From NCBI GenBank assembly GCA_938009905.1, contig CALLGK010000027.1:17426-81425 (forward strand): a stretch of DNA of 64,000 nucleotides. The letters run 5' to 3'. Shown piece by piece: positions 35,696-44,296 of this stretch (the stretch's first letter is position 1; each line of letters begins with the position of its first letter). Source of the DNA: an uncultured Acidimicrobiales bacterium (GTDB lineage Bacteria; Actinomycetota; Acidimicrobiia; Acidimicrobiales; SZUA-35). The notes beneath the pieces are model-generated. The model was given only the letters and a program-made list of their open reading frames with translations. It ran no database searches and was not told the DNA's origin. Made by a program: the position numbers and the translations under genes.

Positions 35696-36952
35696 CTACA
35701 GATCGAAGAGATCGCGAAGCGACTCGGCGAGGCGATCGCCTCGAGCCGTGCCGGCAGTATCACGAAGCCGCGTTGCTGGCTCGTGAAGAATCTTCGCGAC
35801 AACCGCCTTGCTAAGCGCTTCTGCGGCCGCCCGAGCCTCGGGATCGAGATCGGCGAATCGAGAAGCTTGCTTGTCGATCTCGTCGATTCGAACGGCATCG
35901 GCCCAGCGATACATCGAACCAAGAAGCGGTGATACCTCTTGGGCGCTCAGCTGTTGCCGTAGACCGTCGAGGCCCTCGTCGACGACACGTTCGGCGTCAG
36001 CGACGGCCTTCTGTCGTTCTTCAAGGCCGCGATTGGCGAACGCCTGCAGGTCGGCGAGAACCAGCATCGAAATGCCGTCGAGATCAGCGACAGCCGGATC
36101 GACATCGCGGGGCACGGCAAGATCGAGGATGAGCAGCGGCGACGTGCGGTGCGCAACGGCCTGCTCCACACGATCGAGCTCGAGAACTCGGTTGGTGGCG
36201 CCCGTGGCCGAGATCACCATGTCGACGTTGGCCAGTTCGTCGGCGAACCGATCGAACGGAATCGTGCTGGCACCAAGTGAGTCGGCGAGTTCTGTTGCCC
36301 GACTCTCGGTGCGGTTCGACACGACAATGTCGATGTCTGCGGAGCGGTCGAGCGCCTGCGCAACGCCGGTTCCTACTTCGCCGGCACCGACGAGGAGCAC
36401 CCGCTTGCCATCGAGATCACTAATTTGTTCGCGAACGAGGCTTACAGCCGAGTGCGACAGGGATGCAGTGCGACGGCCAATGACCGTTTCGGTCCTGACT
36501 CGCTTACCGCTCTTGATGGCGTGCTCGAAGAGCGGGTCGAGCAAGCGCTGACAGGCGCCCTCGGTTCGTGCTGCTTCCCACGCCACCTTGAGCTGCCCGA
36601 GAATCTCGTGCTCGCCCAAGACCGCTGAGTCGAGGCCAGCCGCTACCTGGAAGAGGTGTCGGGTCGCCGTCTCGTTGTCGTGCACGTAGACGTACGGGAC
36701 GAAGTCATCAACATCGACACCAGTTGCGGTGGACATTGCGTCACGCAGGTTGGCGTAGCCATCGTGGAATCGCTCGACGTGAGCAAACACCTCAACCCGG
36801 TTACAAGTTGAGAGAACCACAACCTCATTCACGTGGTCGCCCTCGACGAATACCGTCAACGCCTTTGGCAGACGGTCGCCGGCGAGACTCACTCGTTCGA
36901 GCACATCAAGCGGTGCTGAGCGGTGGTTGATGCCGAAGGCGATGAGCGTCAT
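35696..36952 (-). CDS. hemA: Glutamyl-tRNA reductase
   Basis: FGINHRSAPLDVLERVS, VVLSTCNRVEVF catalytic Cys motif, NAD-binding VLLVGAGEVG. Confidence 0.9.
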   Translation of the reverse strand: MTLIAFGINHRSAPLDVLERVSLAGDRLPKALTVFVEGDHVNEVVVLSTCNRVEVFAHVERFHDGYANLRDAMSTATGVDVDDFVPYVYVHDNETATRHLFQVAAGLDSAVLGEHEILGQLKVAWEAARTEGACQRLLDPLFEHAIKSGKRVRTETVIGRRTASLSHSAVSLVREQISDLDGKRVLLVGAGEVGTGVAQALDRSADIDIVVSNRTESRATELADSLGASTIPFDRFADELANVDMVISATGATNRVLELDRVEQAVAHRTSPLLILDLAVPRDVDPAVADLDGISMLVLADLQAFANRGLEERQKAVADAERVVDEGLDGLRQQLSAQEVSPLLGSMYRWADAVRIDEIDKQASRFADLDPEARAAAEALSKAVVAKILHEPATRLRDTAGTARGDRLAESLRDLFDL

Positions 36953-37106
36953 GAGTGCGCTGCGGTGGTCGTGGAGACGAGGGTCATGGAGAAGAACGAG
37001 TCGGTGCTACATCCATTCAACCGCATGGGCGGCCAGAACAGTCCCAAGTGTGTTGTATCACCCCGAACAATTTCGAGTCGCGAGACCGTGAACCTCGTCA
37101 CGTCTG

Positions 37107-37841
37107 TCATGACGCATCATCAGTCGAGTCGGGAGCGTGCTCTGCTCCAAGCGGCACGCCGGTGCCACTTGCGGCCGCGGTGCTGCGCTGCTGGTAAAAG
37201 CTGAGAATCTGAAGCTCCGTTGCCAGATCGACACCGCGTACTTGCACGTGCGGTGGCGTGGTGATCTGCACCGGCGTGAAGTTGAGCAGCGATGCGAGCC
37301 CTGCACCGATGAGTTCGTCGGCTGCGGCTTGGGCCGCGGAGGCTGGGGTGGCGATGACCCCGACCGCGATTTCGTCTCGATCGACCACTTTCGAGAGGTC
37401 GTCGACGTGCTCGACAACAACGCCGGCCACCGAGGTCCCAACCACATCGGGGTCAACATCAACGAGAGCCCGGACCGGGAAGCCCTGTGTCGTGAGGCCC
37501 TCGTAGTTCGCGAGCGCTCGGCCAAGGTTGCCGACGCCGACAATGATGACCGGCCAGGCTTGATTCAGGCCGAGAACCACGCTGATTTCATGTACGAGGT
37601 ACTTGACGTCGTAGCCCACACCACGGGTTCCCGTGATGCCGATACCGGCCAAATCTCGTCGCAGCGTCGCAGGATTGACGGCCGCGATCTCGGCCAGGGC
37701 CTCAGAAGAGACGCTTGCTTCGCCATCACCGGCCAGACCAAGCAACCCTTGTAAGTAGACGGGTAGCCGACCGACCGTCGCGTCTGACACTCGTGGCGTC
37801 GTTTGATCGGGCGTCGGGTCGACCCCGTCGGCTGCACTCAC
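37107..37841 (-). CDS. rex: Redox-sensing transcriptional repressor Rex
   Basis: GRLPVYLQGL winged-helix N-terminus, Rossmann VIIVGVGNLGRALANY; located upstream of hemA as in other actinobacteria. Confidence 0.85.
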   Translation of the reverse strand: MSAADGVDPTPDQTTPRVSDATVGRLPVYLQGLLGLAGDGEASVSSEALAEIAAVNPATLRRDLAGIGITGTRGVGYDVKYLVHEISVVLGLNQAWPVIIVGVGNLGRALANYEGLTTQGFPVRALVDVDPDVVGTSVAGVVVEHVDDLSKVVDRDEIAVGVIATPASAAQAAADELIGAGLASLLNFTPVQITTPPHVQVRGVDLATELQILSFYQQRSTAAASGTGVPLGAEHAPDSTDDAS

Positions 37842-37896
37842 CGGCCGCAGGGTAGGGACGACACCTCGTTTTCACAAATGCACGAACGCGCCAGTG

Positions 37897-39390
37897 TCAG
37901 GCAGAACCGAGGTCTCGACGGCGAATCTTGCCAACGGCAGTTGTTGGAATCGAGTCGACGAGCTCGATGCGTTGCGGCACCTTGTAGCGGGCAAGCCGAG
38001 CCCGGCATAGATCGGTCAGGCCGTCAGCATCCACGGCGGCGCCTGGCTTCAACACCACGTAGGCCACCACCGACTCTTCGCCAGACTCCCCCGCCTCGCC
38101 GACTGCGGCGGCGAGCACCACGTCTGCATTGCTTTGGAGTGCAGCTTCAACCTCAACCGGGTGCACGTTGAAGCCAGACACGATGATCAGGTCTTTGAGG
38201 CGATCAACGATCGAAATACAGCCGTCTTCGTCGACAATGGCGAGATCGCCGGTGCGAAGCCACCCATCGTCGTCCCGGGTGCGAGCGGTTGCCTCGTCGT
38301 CGCCCCAGTACCCCGGCGAAATCATTGGCCCCTTGGCCAGGATCTCGCCGGTGTCTCCTACGAGTACGTCGTCGTTGGACTGATCAACAATCCGCAACTC
38401 AACGCCGGGCAGGATTTGGCCGACCGACCCACGGGGAGCAGCCGTTCCCATCGCCGAGCTCAGAATGCCGCTCGACTCGGTGAGCCCGTAGCCCTCGCGC
38501 ACATCGATGCCGACCTTGTCTCGGAGCGCTTCGGCGATTCGACCGTTGAGCTTCGAGGCACCAGACAACGCGATGCCAACAGTTGCAAAGTCGTCTGCGG
38601 TTGCCTCGGTACCCAGCAGCGACGCCCAGAGAGCAGGCGGACCAGCGACGAGCGTGATCCCGTGCGTCCGAATCAATGCCACGGTGCTCTCTGGCCCGTC
38701 GAAGTCGCGGAGCACGATGGTGGCGCCCATCGAGAGGCCGAAGTTGAGAATGACGTTGAGGCCGAAGACGTGGAAGAGCGGGATGACGCCCAACACGACT
38801 TGCGGGCGCTCGTCGAGGCCAAGCGGCACGGCACGAATCGCCGCAATGCTCGTGGTGAGATTTCCGTGGGTCAGGATGGCGGGCTTTGGCGGACCAGCTG
38901 TGCCCGATGTGAAGAGCAGGGCTGCGGGATGATCAGCCTCGACGGCCACCACGCCAGTTGGGCCATGGGTTTCGTCGTTGAGATCGATACAGCCAGCGGC
39001 CAGCAGCTCGGCTTCGGTTGCGAACACCAACGGGGGGAGGCTGCCGGCACCGGCGAGCGCCGCGTGAGCAGCGCCACCAGCCGACCCAACAATCATCGCC
39101 CCTGCATCGACTGCATCGAGCTCGGCTTGGAGCTCAGGCAATGGCGACTGAGGATTGAGCGGCACCAATACGAGGCCAGCGCCAACGCAGGCGAGGTGAG
39201 CCACCACGAAGGTGTCGGTGTTGCCTTCGATGAGGGCGACGCGATCACCCGCCTGTAGACCGTGGCCAACAAGTTGACCTCGCCACGCTGCGGCCCGATT
39301 GGAAAGATCGGTGTAGCTCACAGACCGGTCTCCAACGATCAGCGCCGGGCGGCCGGGATCAACTGAAGGCAGGGAGTCGAGGAGGTTCAC
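37897..39390 (-). CDS. AMP-dependent acyl-CoA synthetase/ligase
   Basis: LFTSGTAGPPKPAILTHGNL (AMP-binding box), EGYGLTESS, ...GWLRTGDLA..., ...GKIRRRDL. Confidence 0.85.
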   Translation of the reverse strand: MNLLDSLPSVDPGRPALIVGDRSVSYTDLSNRAAAWRGQLVGHGLQAGDRVALIEGNTDTFVVAHLACVGAGLVLVPLNPQSPLPELQAELDAVDAGAMIVGSAGGAAHAALAGAGSLPPLVFATEAELLAAGCIDLNDETHGPTGVVAVEADHPAALLFTSGTAGPPKPAILTHGNLTTSIAAIRAVPLGLDERPQVVLGVIPLFHVFGLNVILNFGLSMGATIVLRDFDGPESTVALIRTHGITLVAGPPALWASLLGTEATADDFATVGIALSGASKLNGRIAEALRDKVGIDVREGYGLTESSGILSSAMGTAAPRGSVGQILPGVELRIVDQSNDDVLVGDTGEILAKGPMISPGYWGDDEATARTRDDDGWLRTGDLAIVDEDGCISIVDRLKDLIIVSGFNVHPVEVEAALQSNADVVLAAAVGEAGESGEESVVAYVVLKPGAAVDADGLTDLCRARLARYKVPQRIELVDSIPTTAVGKIRRRDLGSA

Positions 39391-39478
39391 CTCGCCGATT
39401 TCAGCACATTGTGCGCCCTACCGAAACAGTGACGTCGGCAACACCACGCCGAATGTGAGCAAAACACTCAAGTTGAAC

Positions 39479-39496
39479 GATTTCGTCGACGAAATC
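39479..39496. promoter_or_regulatory. Perfect 18-bp palindrome abutting the CAP-domain gene start
   Basis: GATTTCGTCGACGAAATC (9+9, no spacer) ends 1 nt before the TTG at 39498. Confidence 0.4.
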
Positions 39497-39497
39497 A

Positions 39498-40283
39498 TTG
39501 GTTGTGACTTCACCCGCACCTCGCCCGAATGGGTCTCGAGCGAGCCGTCTTCAGCCCAAGCATTGGCTCGCAGGAGCTGTCCTAGCCGTTGGCCTAGGCA
39601 CAGCCCCCTTCACTGCCGATTTTGTGAGCGCCGCCATGGCGCCTGCTGCGGCGAACGAAGTCACCGACGAGGCCCAGTACATCGCCTTGATCAACGAGAT
39701 TCGGGCCGAAGCTGGCCTCGAACCATTGCTGGAGCACCCCGAACTCACCGATCAAGCCCGAGTGTGGGCCATCCAGCTCCGCTCAAACGACCAGCTGTCG
39801 CATGCCGGCGACCTGTCAGTCGGTGTGACCGGCAACTGGACAAAGCTCGGTGAGAACGTCGGCGTTGGCCCTTCAGACCAACTGCCCGCGATCTTCGATG
39901 CCTTTGTGGCGAGCCCTGCGCACTACGCAAACCTGATGGACCCAGACTTCCGCTTCATCGGCGTTGGCGTTGTCTACGACGACGAAGGTCGCATGTGGAC
40001 CGCCCATCGGTTCATGGCCGTTGCCCCCAACGACGAAGCGGTCGTGGCCGCCCAGTCGACGGATCGCCAGCCAGACGAGCAACCGGAACCCGAGGTGCTC
40101 GCGTTCGGCTCAGTCGACGAGTTCACCGAAGGGTCAGACGCAGCCCAAGCAGGGGCAGACGCAGCCCAAGCAGGGGCAGATCTCGAGGCAGATGCCGCAA
40201 ACCCCGCTGCTGCCGACGATGGCGACACCGAGACGGTGTTGCTGGCAGACCTGTTCGACCAGCTAGCGAACGAAGGCTTCTAG
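39498..40283 (+). CDS. Secreted CAP/SCP (PR-1-like) domain protein
   Basis: Signal-like N-terminus; ...ALINEIRAEAGLEPL..., ...SHAGD..., GENVG..., SPAHYANLMDPDFRFIGVGV typical CAP domain; start (TTG 39498 or GTG 39504) uncertain. Confidence 0.75.
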   Translation: MVVTSPAPRPNGSRASRLQPKHWLAGAVLAVGLGTAPFTADFVSAAMAPAAANEVTDEAQYIALINEIRAEAGLEPLLEHPELTDQARVWAIQLRSNDQLSHAGDLSVGVTGNWTKLGENVGVGPSDQLPAIFDAFVASPAHYANLMDPDFRFIGVGVVYDDEGRMWTAHRFMAVAPNDEAVVAAQSTDRQPDEQPEPEVLAFGSVDEFTEGSDAAQAGADAAQAGADLEADAANPAAADDGDTETVLLADLFDQLANEGF

Positions 40284-40293
40284 CCCAACTCGC

Positions 40294-40383
40294 TCAGCGA
40301 GCGAGCACAAACAGCTGAAGCACACCGGCGCCCAGAATCACGAGCAACAGAATCGCCATCGTGATGACGGTTGACTTGCGCAT
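40294..40383 (-). CDS. Possible 29-aa hydrophobic micro-protein
   Basis: ATG 40383 one nt after stop of upstream SAM-hydrolase gene; MRKSTVITMAILLLVILGAGVLQLFVLAR = single TM helix; no other support. Confidence 0.25.
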   Translation of the reverse strand: MRKSTVITMAILLLVILGAGVLQLFVLAR

Positions 40384-40384
40384 G

Positions 40385-41275
40385 TCAGTGCTCCTCGGGT
40401 GGTGGCGGCGTTGTAGTCGGTCGGGCCGTGATGGTGACGGGCGACGCCACTCGTCCAGGACCATCAGCGGCTCGCAAGGTGATCGAGTCGCCTTCGGAGA
40501 GTTCAAGGTCAAAGGCCGCTGACCCTCGGTCGACAGACAGCATCACCAGGCCATGGCTATCGACCAGCAAGCCAATGCTGCCAGTGGGAATCATGCCGAA
40601 GTGATCAACCCGCTGCGCCGTTCTGGTTGAGCGGCCACCGATCACCTCGACGAACTCGGGCCAGTCGTGGAGTTCGGTCGGGTCGACGTTGATTTGGATA
40701 TTGCCGTAGGCATCGATCCACAAAACCTCGCCGGCAATCGAGCCATCGTCGTCTGTCTGGCTCACGGGGAGCACACCGGGCAGGAGCAACGCCGGGTCGA
40801 TGGCCGTGCCGAGCTCGTCTGCTGGGACACCGAGGCACAGGTGGGCGGCGACCGGCGCAAAGATGTCGCGGCCGGCGTTCGTGGCGGCCGGAACGGTGAG
40901 TTGGTAGTCCTCGTTGTCGAGCACGAATGCTGCCGTGGCACCGCCAACGAGCGAAACAGCCGGAGCAAACAGGCCGTTGTCTGGGCCCACCAAGTACGCA
41001 CCACCGTTGGCCACTTCGATGGCGATGGCTTTGCGTTCACTGCCTGCGCCGGGGTCGACAACACCCAGCACCACCCCGGGAGCGAGGTACTGAACCGATC
41101 GAGCAAGGGCGAGGCCTGCCGCTCGCACGTCGTGCGTTTCGATGCCGTGGGTGACATCAACGACTCGCACCTCGGGAGCAAGAGATCGCAGCACGGAGTG
41201 AACGACGCCAACCGATTCGTCGACTGATCCGAAGTCGCTCAGGAACGAGATGGTGTTGAACCGAAGGTCGGTCAT
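40385..41275 (-). CDS. SAM hydrolase / SAM-dependent halogenase family protein (DUF62)
   Basis: ISFLSDFGSVDESVGVVHSVL...VVDVTHGI..HDVRAAGLAL pattern of the S-adenosyl-L-methionine hydroxide adenosyltransferase family; ATGA overlap with proC stop. Confidence 0.8.
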   Translation of the reverse strand: MTDLRFNTISFLSDFGSVDESVGVVHSVLRSLAPEVRVVDVTHGIETHDVRAAGLALARSVQYLAPGVVLGVVDPGAGSERKAIAIEVANGGAYLVGPDNGLFAPAVSLVGGATAAFVLDNEDYQLTVPAATNAGRDIFAPVAAHLCLGVPADELGTAIDPALLLPGVLPVSQTDDDGSIAGEVLWIDAYGNIQINVDPTELHDWPEFVEVIGGRSTRTAQRVDHFGMIPTGSIGLLVDSHGLVMLSVDRGSAAFDLELSEGDSITLRAADGPGRVASPVTITARPTTTPPPPEEH

Positions 41276-42063
41276 GAGCGTCCGAGCTCGGCCGAACGAT
41301 CGGCGGCTGCGGCAACGGCATCGATGAGGGCGCCACGCACACCCCGTTGTTCAAGCACGCGCAAGCCAGCCGCGGTGGTGCCCTTCGGCGTCGTGACATC
41401 ACCACGCAGTTCGCTGGCGGGCTTGTCGCCTTCCATCAGCATGGCGGCTGCACCAGCCATGGTTTGATGCGCCAGGAGCTTGGCTGTTGCTCTGGTGAGA
41501 CCGGCGGCGACGCCAGCATCGACCATCGCTTCGGCAATGAGGAAGTAGTACGCGGGGCCAGACCCAGAAAGTCCGGTAACGGCATCGAGCTGCGCTTCGG
41601 TCACCACGGCAACCGAACCAACCGATGTCAGGAGGCCCTGCGCCCATGCCAGATCGTCGTCGTCGGCATGCGCACCGGGAGCAAGGCCAGACGCACCGTG
41701 GCCCAGGAGCGCTGGCGTGTTGGGCATTACCCGAAGGACGGGCGTTCCGTCCCGAACAACAGCCTCGATCGCCGACGTCGTGATGCCGGCGGCAACCGAC
41801 ATCACTCGACGAGGCGCACTCAGGCTGGATGCCGCAGTCAGGACGAGGTGGGGCTTCACGGCCAGCACGGTGTCGACGGCTTCGGCTGGCTCGTCGGCGA
41901 TCTCGGCGCCCGGAGCAAGTGCAGCCAACTGCTCGGCTCGTGTCGGGTCGATCTCGACAATGCGGATTTCTTCCGCCGCTGCCCAGTTGGCATCGATCAT
42001 GCCCTTGGCGAGTGCAAGCCCCATCTGCCCGCCACCAACCATCTGAATCCGGATGTCGGTCAT
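41272..42063 (-). CDS. proC: Pyrroline-5-carboxylate reductase
   Basis: MVGGGQMGLALAKG NADP fold; ...RVMPNTPALLG..., ...LRGDVTTPKGTTAAGLRVLE signature. Confidence 0.9.
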   Translation of the reverse strand: MTDIRIQMVGGGQMGLALAKGMIDANWAAAEEIRIVEIDPTRAEQLAALAPGAEIADEPAEAVDTVLAVKPHLVLTAASSLSAPRRVMSVAAGITTSAIEAVVRDGTPVLRVMPNTPALLGHGASGLAPGAHADDDDLAWAQGLLTSVGSVAVVTEAQLDAVTGLSGSGPAYYFLIAEAMVDAGVAAGLTRATAKLLAHQTMAGAAAMLMEGDKPASELRGDVTTPKGTTAAGLRVLEQRGVRGALIDAVAAAADRSAELGRS

Positions 42064-42084
42064 GCACGCACGCTATCGCTCGAT

Positions 42085-42326
42085 CACATTGGGTCTGCTG
42101 TCGCAGACCGCTACTCGCGATCCGGAACTTGCTCAGGTCGTGTCAGCTCCGCTGACAACGCTTGCACTTGGGTCCGCTGTCGCAGACCGCTACTCGCGAT
42201 CCGAAACTCGATCAGTGCTTGTCAGCTCCGCTGACCAAGCTTGCACATTGGGTCTGCTGTCGCAGACCGCTCCTCGCGATCCGGAACTCAATCGGGAGGT
42301 TGTCGGCTCCGCTCACAACGCGTGCA
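42085..42326. repeat. Three tandem copies of a ~80-bp intergenic repeat, each with two short hairpins
   Basis: Units start at 42085, 42165, 42244 (cacattgggtctgctgtcgcagaccgctactcgcgatccggaac...gtcagctccgctgacaacgcttg); hairpins GGTCTGC-tgtc-GCAGACC and GTCAGC-tcc-GCTGAC; ~12-bp variable segment in the middle. Confidence 0.85.
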
Positions 42327-42565
42327 CCCGAGCGCGAGGCAAAGCCTGCGTGGCGCCTGAACGCCCCGCCTGGAGGGCAATGACTGAGGGCAGTCAGAGG
42401 GTCAGCCGGGCCGAGCCGGCACGAGGTCTTCCCCGACCCCTTGTGGTCGACACGGCCCGTCTGACGATGAACCAAACCTATCGCCATCATATGCGTTTAA
42501 CTACGCTTATTTACGTTAACGACGTTTCGCGCGGTTGGCCAGCGCCACCACAAGCGAGCAGGCGA

Positions 42566-43036
42566 TCAACCGAACCGTGACGCGAAGCCGATCCGAAGAG
42601 CCGGCCTAAAGAACTGTTCAACCCACACGTACATCGAACCCAAGATCCGATCGAGCTCGTTGGCATCGGCCGCGTGTCGGTCATCAATACGACCCTGCAG
42701 GAAGATCGCTCCTTCTTCGCCGATCGCCAGGCTTGCGCCATAGAGACCGAGGTTGCGCTTCAGCAGGTGGGCGTAAAACTCCGCCTCGTTCTCAATCGGC
42801 GCTGGCATGAGATACGTCTCGTAGCTGAGCGTTCGCTGCTGCAGATCGAAGCGAATCGTGAACACGTCTTTCTCTTCGCCCAACAGGCGAACAAACCACC
42901 GACGACGCTCCTCGGGTAAGCGATCAACAGCATCGACGATCGGGTTCTCTTCGAGCTGTTCGGCAAACCACTGATCGATGAATGCCTCGATGGCATCGAG
43001 CTCGTCGACGGTTCTTGGCGCCGCCGTTGGATCCAT
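42566..43036 (-). CDS. YbjN-like domain protein (conserved partner of mshA in actinobacteria)
   Basis: 156-aa acidic protein; pattern ...VFTIRFDLQQRTLSYETYLMPAP...FYAHLLKRNLGLYGASLAI... fits YbjN/T3SS-chaperone-like fold; immediately downstream of mshA. Confidence 0.65.
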   Translation of the reverse strand: MDPTAAPRTVDELDAIEAFIDQWFAEQLEENPIVDAVDRLPEERRRWFVRLLGEEKDVFTIRFDLQQRTLSYETYLMPAPIENEAEFYAHLLKRNLGLYGASLAIGEEGAIFLQGRIDDRHAADANELDRILGSMYVWVEQFFRPALRIGFASRFG

Positions 43037-43039
43037 CGG

Positions 43040-44296
43040 CTAGATGTCGCTTCCGACCCGAGCTCGGGGAGCCTCGCAGGGCACAGGGCGGCGCTGGGCC
43101 AGCTCGCCGTAGAGATGCCGCAGGCGGGCAGAAGCGGTCGACCATGCGTAGGTGCGAGCTCGGCCGGCGGCGGAGACAGAGAGTCGCCTCGCCAGCACAG
43201 GATCGCCCAAGATGGCATCGGTCCAGGCTGCGTATTCGTCTGGGTCGCGGCTCTCAACGAGGTAACCGGTGCGTCCGTGCTCAACGAGGGTGAGAAGACC
43301 ACCAACCGCTGATGCCACAACGGGCACGCCGCACGCCGCAGCTTCGAGCGCAACAAGCCCGAATGACTCAGAGCGACTGGGCACCAAGCACACATCGGCG
43401 GCCCGGTAGAACGTCGAGAGCAAGTGGTGCGGCTGGGGCGGAACGAACCGGACTCGATCTTCGAGGCCTTCGTCAGAGATCATCTGGCGAATGCGATCAA
43501 CCTCGGTTGAGCCGCCTTGGCCTGAGGCCCCGCCGACGATCCAGAGCCGAGCGTCGTCGCGTTCGAGCTTGGCCAACGTGCCAACAGCAACGTCGACGCC
43601 CTTGAGGGGCTGGATCCGGCCGACAAACAACAGCAATGGTCGGTCGTCGGTTTGCAGCGCCCAGCGGGCACCGGCCTGGTTACCAGGTGAGAAGTAGGCG
43701 TGATCGACGCCGGGTGGCACGATCTCGATGCGGTCTGGATCGGCGTCGTAGTACTGCTCGAGCTGTTCGGCTTCAGCTGAACAGTTCGCGAGCACGGCAT
43801 CAGCACAGGCCATCACTTCGGCCTCGGCTCGGGCCCGACGTTCTGGCTCAGGATCGCCCGTCATGGCTTTCACTCGCGCCAACGTGTGGAACGTGGTGAC
43901 AAGGGGAACGCCGAGTCGACGCTTCAACATCTGACCGGCAACGCCAGAGAGCCAGTAGTTGGCGTGCAAAACATCTGGCTTGAACTCGGCAAGATCGATC
44001 GCCACTTGGTCGGCGAAGTCGGTAACCAGCGGCTCGAGTTCTTCCTTTGAAGCTTCAAACGGACCGGCGGTGACGTGCACCACTTCGAAGCCCGGCTCGA
44101 CCAAGACCCGCTCGGGAAGATCGGCTCTCCAACGGCGCACATAGACCCGGCACTGCACGCCAGCCTGGGCCAACGACGTAACGAGTTCGCGCACGTAGAC
44201 ATTCATGCCACCGCCGTCGCCAGTGCCCGGTTGGGCCAGCGGAGAGGTGTGAAGTGAGAGAACTGCGACTCGACGCACGAAGGGTTCCAACCTCAA
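43040..44296 (-). CDS. mshA: D-inositol-3-phosphate glycosyltransferase (GT4, MshA-type)
   Basis: RRVAVLSLHTSPLAQPGTGDGGGMNVYVRELV N-terminal signature of MshA; C-terminal GT4 E..FGLVALEAAACGVPVVA motif. Confidence 0.8.
   Translation of the reverse strand: MRLEPFVRRVAVLSLHTSPLAQPGTGDGGGMNVYVRELVTSLAQAGVQCRVYVRRWRADLPERVLVEPGFEVVHVTAGPFEASKEELEPLVTDFADQVAIDLAEFKPDVLHANYWLSGVAGQMLKRRLGVPLVTTFHTLARVKAMTGDPEPERRARAEAEVMACADAVLANCSAEAEQLEQYYDADPDRIEIVPPGVDHAYFSPGNQAGARWALQTDDRPLLLFVGRIQPLKGVDVAVGTLAKLERDDARLWIVGGASGQGGSTEVDRIRQMISDEGLEDRVRFVPPQPHHLLSTFYRAADVCLVPSRSESFGLVALEAAACGVPVVASAVGGLLTLVEHGRTGYLVESRDPDEYAAWTDAILGDPVLARRLSVSAAGRARTYAWSTASARLRHLYGELAQRRPVPCEAPRARVGSDI

Noticed and set aside
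34727-35932. 401-aa plus-strand ORF opposite hemC/hemA. Similar long antisense ORFs: 21111..22124 (-), 47823..48740 (+), 59875..61302 (+), 20106..20882 (-), 38134..39258 (+)
   Set aside because: Their translations are Arg/Gly/Pro-rich with no motifs. They lie entirely opposite well-supported genes with clear family signatures. They are typical stop-poor shadow frames of high-GC DNA.
37087-37102. Additional Rex operators near rex/hemA: cGTGAAcctcGTCACg at 37087..37102, and a lone TTCACAA half-site at 37871..37877 upstream of rex
   Set aside because: The first has three mismatches in 12 half-site positions. The second has no matching partner half-site at N4 spacing. This is too weak to call without a scoring matrix or binding data.
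42085-42326. Possible CRISPR array, because of regularly spaced ~80-bp periodicity with a variable middle segment
   Set aside because: Only three units are present. About 65 of the 80 bp are conserved and only ~12 bp vary, which is far too short for spacers. No cas genes or leader are visible, and a diverged copy lies elsewhere. It behaves as a tandem/dispersed repeat, not a CRISPR.
42330-42565. tmRNA or other housekeeping RNA in the non-coding stretch containing the AT-rich patch
   Set aside because: No tRNA-like acceptor/T-arm ends (GGGG...TTCGAntC...CCACCA) were found. No reading frame gives an Ala-rich tag ending in (L/A)AA before a stop.
42053-42580. 175-aa plus-strand ORF spanning the tandem repeats (repetitive LGLLSQTATRDPEL... 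peptide)
   Set aside because: The reading frame is generated by the DNA repeat itself and has no start context. It runs through hairpin elements and the AT-rich patch, and its composition is not protein-like.
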